The notes under the pieces are model-generated. The model ran no database searches. It was not told the origin of the DNA and saw nothing but the letters and a program-made list of their open reading frames with translations. Source: a virus. From it: a DNA stretch of 64,000 nucleotides. The stretch lies in the IMG/VR virus record IMGVR_UViG_3300046002_005110, positions 1 to 64,000 of that record; one strand, given 5' to 3'. This document shows, piece after piece, positions 62,641 through 64,000 of the stretch (the first letter of the stretch is position 1; every line of letters begins with the position of its first letter). A program made the position numbers and the translations under genes.

Positions 62641-63585
62641 ATGAATACTGAAAAAATTATAGAATATGTAGATGTTGCTGACTTAGATTGTATATATCTA
62701 AGTTATGATGAGCCGCAGAAAGAGCAATTTTGGGTAAAAATAAAGAACATGATACCATGGGCAAAACGAGTAGATGGCGTTTATGGTAGTGATGCTGCAC
62801 ATAAGGCTGCAGCCGAATTATCAGATACCGAGAGATTCATTCTAATAGATGGCGATAATATGCCAGATTCTAAATTTTTTGATTTAACATTAGAGATTAC
62901 AGAACAAAACAAAAACGCTCAATTTCGTTGGAGAGCCAAGAATCATGTAAATGGATTGTACTACGGTAATGGTGGTATGAGTAGTTGGACAAGAACATTT
63001 GTTAATAGCATGAAAACTCACGAGAATACTGATGGTACAGATCAGACTAATATTGAGTTTTGTTTTGATCCACTTTATTGGCCAATGCATGATTGCTACA
63101 GTACTACTTATATCAATCATACTGCAAAACAGGCATGGAGAGCGGGATTCAGAGAAGGTGTTAAGATGTGTACTAGACAGGGAGTAATACCATCTAGTAA
63201 ACAAGAATTTTTAAAATGGGTATGGCCTAGTAACTTACGAAATTTAAGCATATGGCATACCATTGGACGTGATGTAGATAATGGTTTTTGGGCAATACAT
63301 GGGGCCAGATGTGGCACACATTATCTTATGTTACAAGATTCATGGGATCATACTGACGTAAGAGATTTTAATAAGTTAGATGAGCTATGGGAAATACATA
63401 AAAATGATGGACCAGCGGAGTGTGTTGAAATTGGTAAGCAATTAAACACACATTTGGGAACTAACATTGTAGAGTTTGATGAACAACAAAGTTTATTTTT
63501 CAAAGAATATATCAGTAAAAATTGGCACAATATTGGTCCAATGATTACTGAAATGTCAGTAATTAGATCACAAGAAGGATGGTAA
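62641..63585 (+). CDS. Putative glycosyltransferase (GT-A-like)
   Basis: YLSYDEP, AHKAAA, FILIDGDN (DxD), YGNGG, QAWRAGFREGVKM. Confidence 0.65.
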   Translation: MNTEKIIEYVDVADLDCIYLSYDEPQKEQFWVKIKNMIPWAKRVDGVYGSDAAHKAAAELSDTERFILIDGDNMPDSKFFDLTLEITEQNKNAQFRWRAKNHVNGLYYGNGGMSSWTRTFVNSMKTHENTDGTDQTNIEFCFDPLYWPMHDCYSTTYINHTAKQAWRAGFREGVKMCTRQGVIPSSKQEFLKWVWPSNLRNLSIWHTIGRDVDNGFWAIHGARCGTHYLMLQDSWDHTDVRDFNKLDELWEIHKNDGPAECVEIGKQLNTHLGTNIVEFDEQQSLFFKEYISKNWHNIGPMITEMSVIRSQEGW

Positions 63586-64000
63586 TGACTGATAAACAAC
63601 CTATTAAATATGATAGAACCATTATAGAAATTAAAAATAAAAGAGATATTATCAATCAAGTAAGTCCTACTTTTTGTTCGGCAAAATGGGTTCAAAGTAC
63701 GATATTATTATATAATGGAGAAACACACAGTTGTCATCATCCAAGTCGTCATAAAATACAACTCAGTGACATTAAAGATAATCCAACTGGTATTCATAAT
63801 ACTCAAGTTAAACTTAAAGCTAGACAAGAAATGTTAGATGGTATACAGACCAAAGAATGTGATTACTGTTGGAACATTGAAAATTTAGATAATAATTATA
63901 TTAGTGATAGAATTTATAAATCAAGTTATTCTTGGGCCTGGCCTCATTTAGAAGAAATAAAGAAAAGCGGAATTGGAAAAAATATTGATCCTACATATAT
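63585..64000 (+). CDS. Radical SAM protein with N-terminal twitch/SPASM-like domain (partial)
   Basis: Runs off the window. MTDKQP...PTFCSAKW...GETHSCHHP...RQEMLDG...ECDYCWNIE; the CxxxCxxC motif would lie beyond the edge. Confidence 0.72.
   Translation, partial: MTDKQPIKYDRTIIEIKNKRDIINQVSPTFCSAKWVQSTILLYNGETHSCHHPSRHKIQLSDIKDNPTGIHNTQVKLKARQEMLDGIQTKECDYCWNIENLDNNYISDRIYKSSYSWAWPHLEEIKKSGIGKNIDPTY

Noticed and set aside
1-64000. Stop-codon reassignment as seen in some large phages
   Set aside because: Standard code gives full-length, densely packed genes, and TGA ends several genes at coupled junctions

Overview
This AT-rich window is the virion-morphogenesis core of a large T4-related myovirus. 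Its gene content and a 4137-aa baseplate gene resemble Rak2/GAP32-type jumbo phages, which is an inference from motifs and synteny, not a database result. From left to right it holds: three collagen-like fibre genes and small head-associated genes; an HNH endonuclease; the T4-like head module (gp23, gp22, gp21, gp67/68-like, gp20); two paralogous tape-measure-like genes carrying different peptidoglycan hydrolases; a gp26/gp51-like pair; a hairpin-dense 0.5 kb non-coding block; Hjc-like resolvase, gp46, gp47 and a gp55-like late sigma factor; a long baseplate operon; and the start of a glycosyltransferase/radical-SAM cluster. Most notable observations: (1) a textbook -1 frameshift cassette (T TTT TTC, 7 nt spacer, hairpin) joining the gp26-like and gp51-like ORFs; (2) a late-promoter motif (N[A/C]TAARTA) lying 4-6 nt before ATG in eight genes, implying systematic leaderless mRNAs; (3) a modular protein punctuated by prohead-protease-like (L/V)-x-E sites; (4) the structured intergenic block at 25.9-26.4 kb; (5) module shuffling among the collagen fibres. 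No tRNA, rRNA, CRISPR array, reverse transcriptase or stop-codon recoding was seen.
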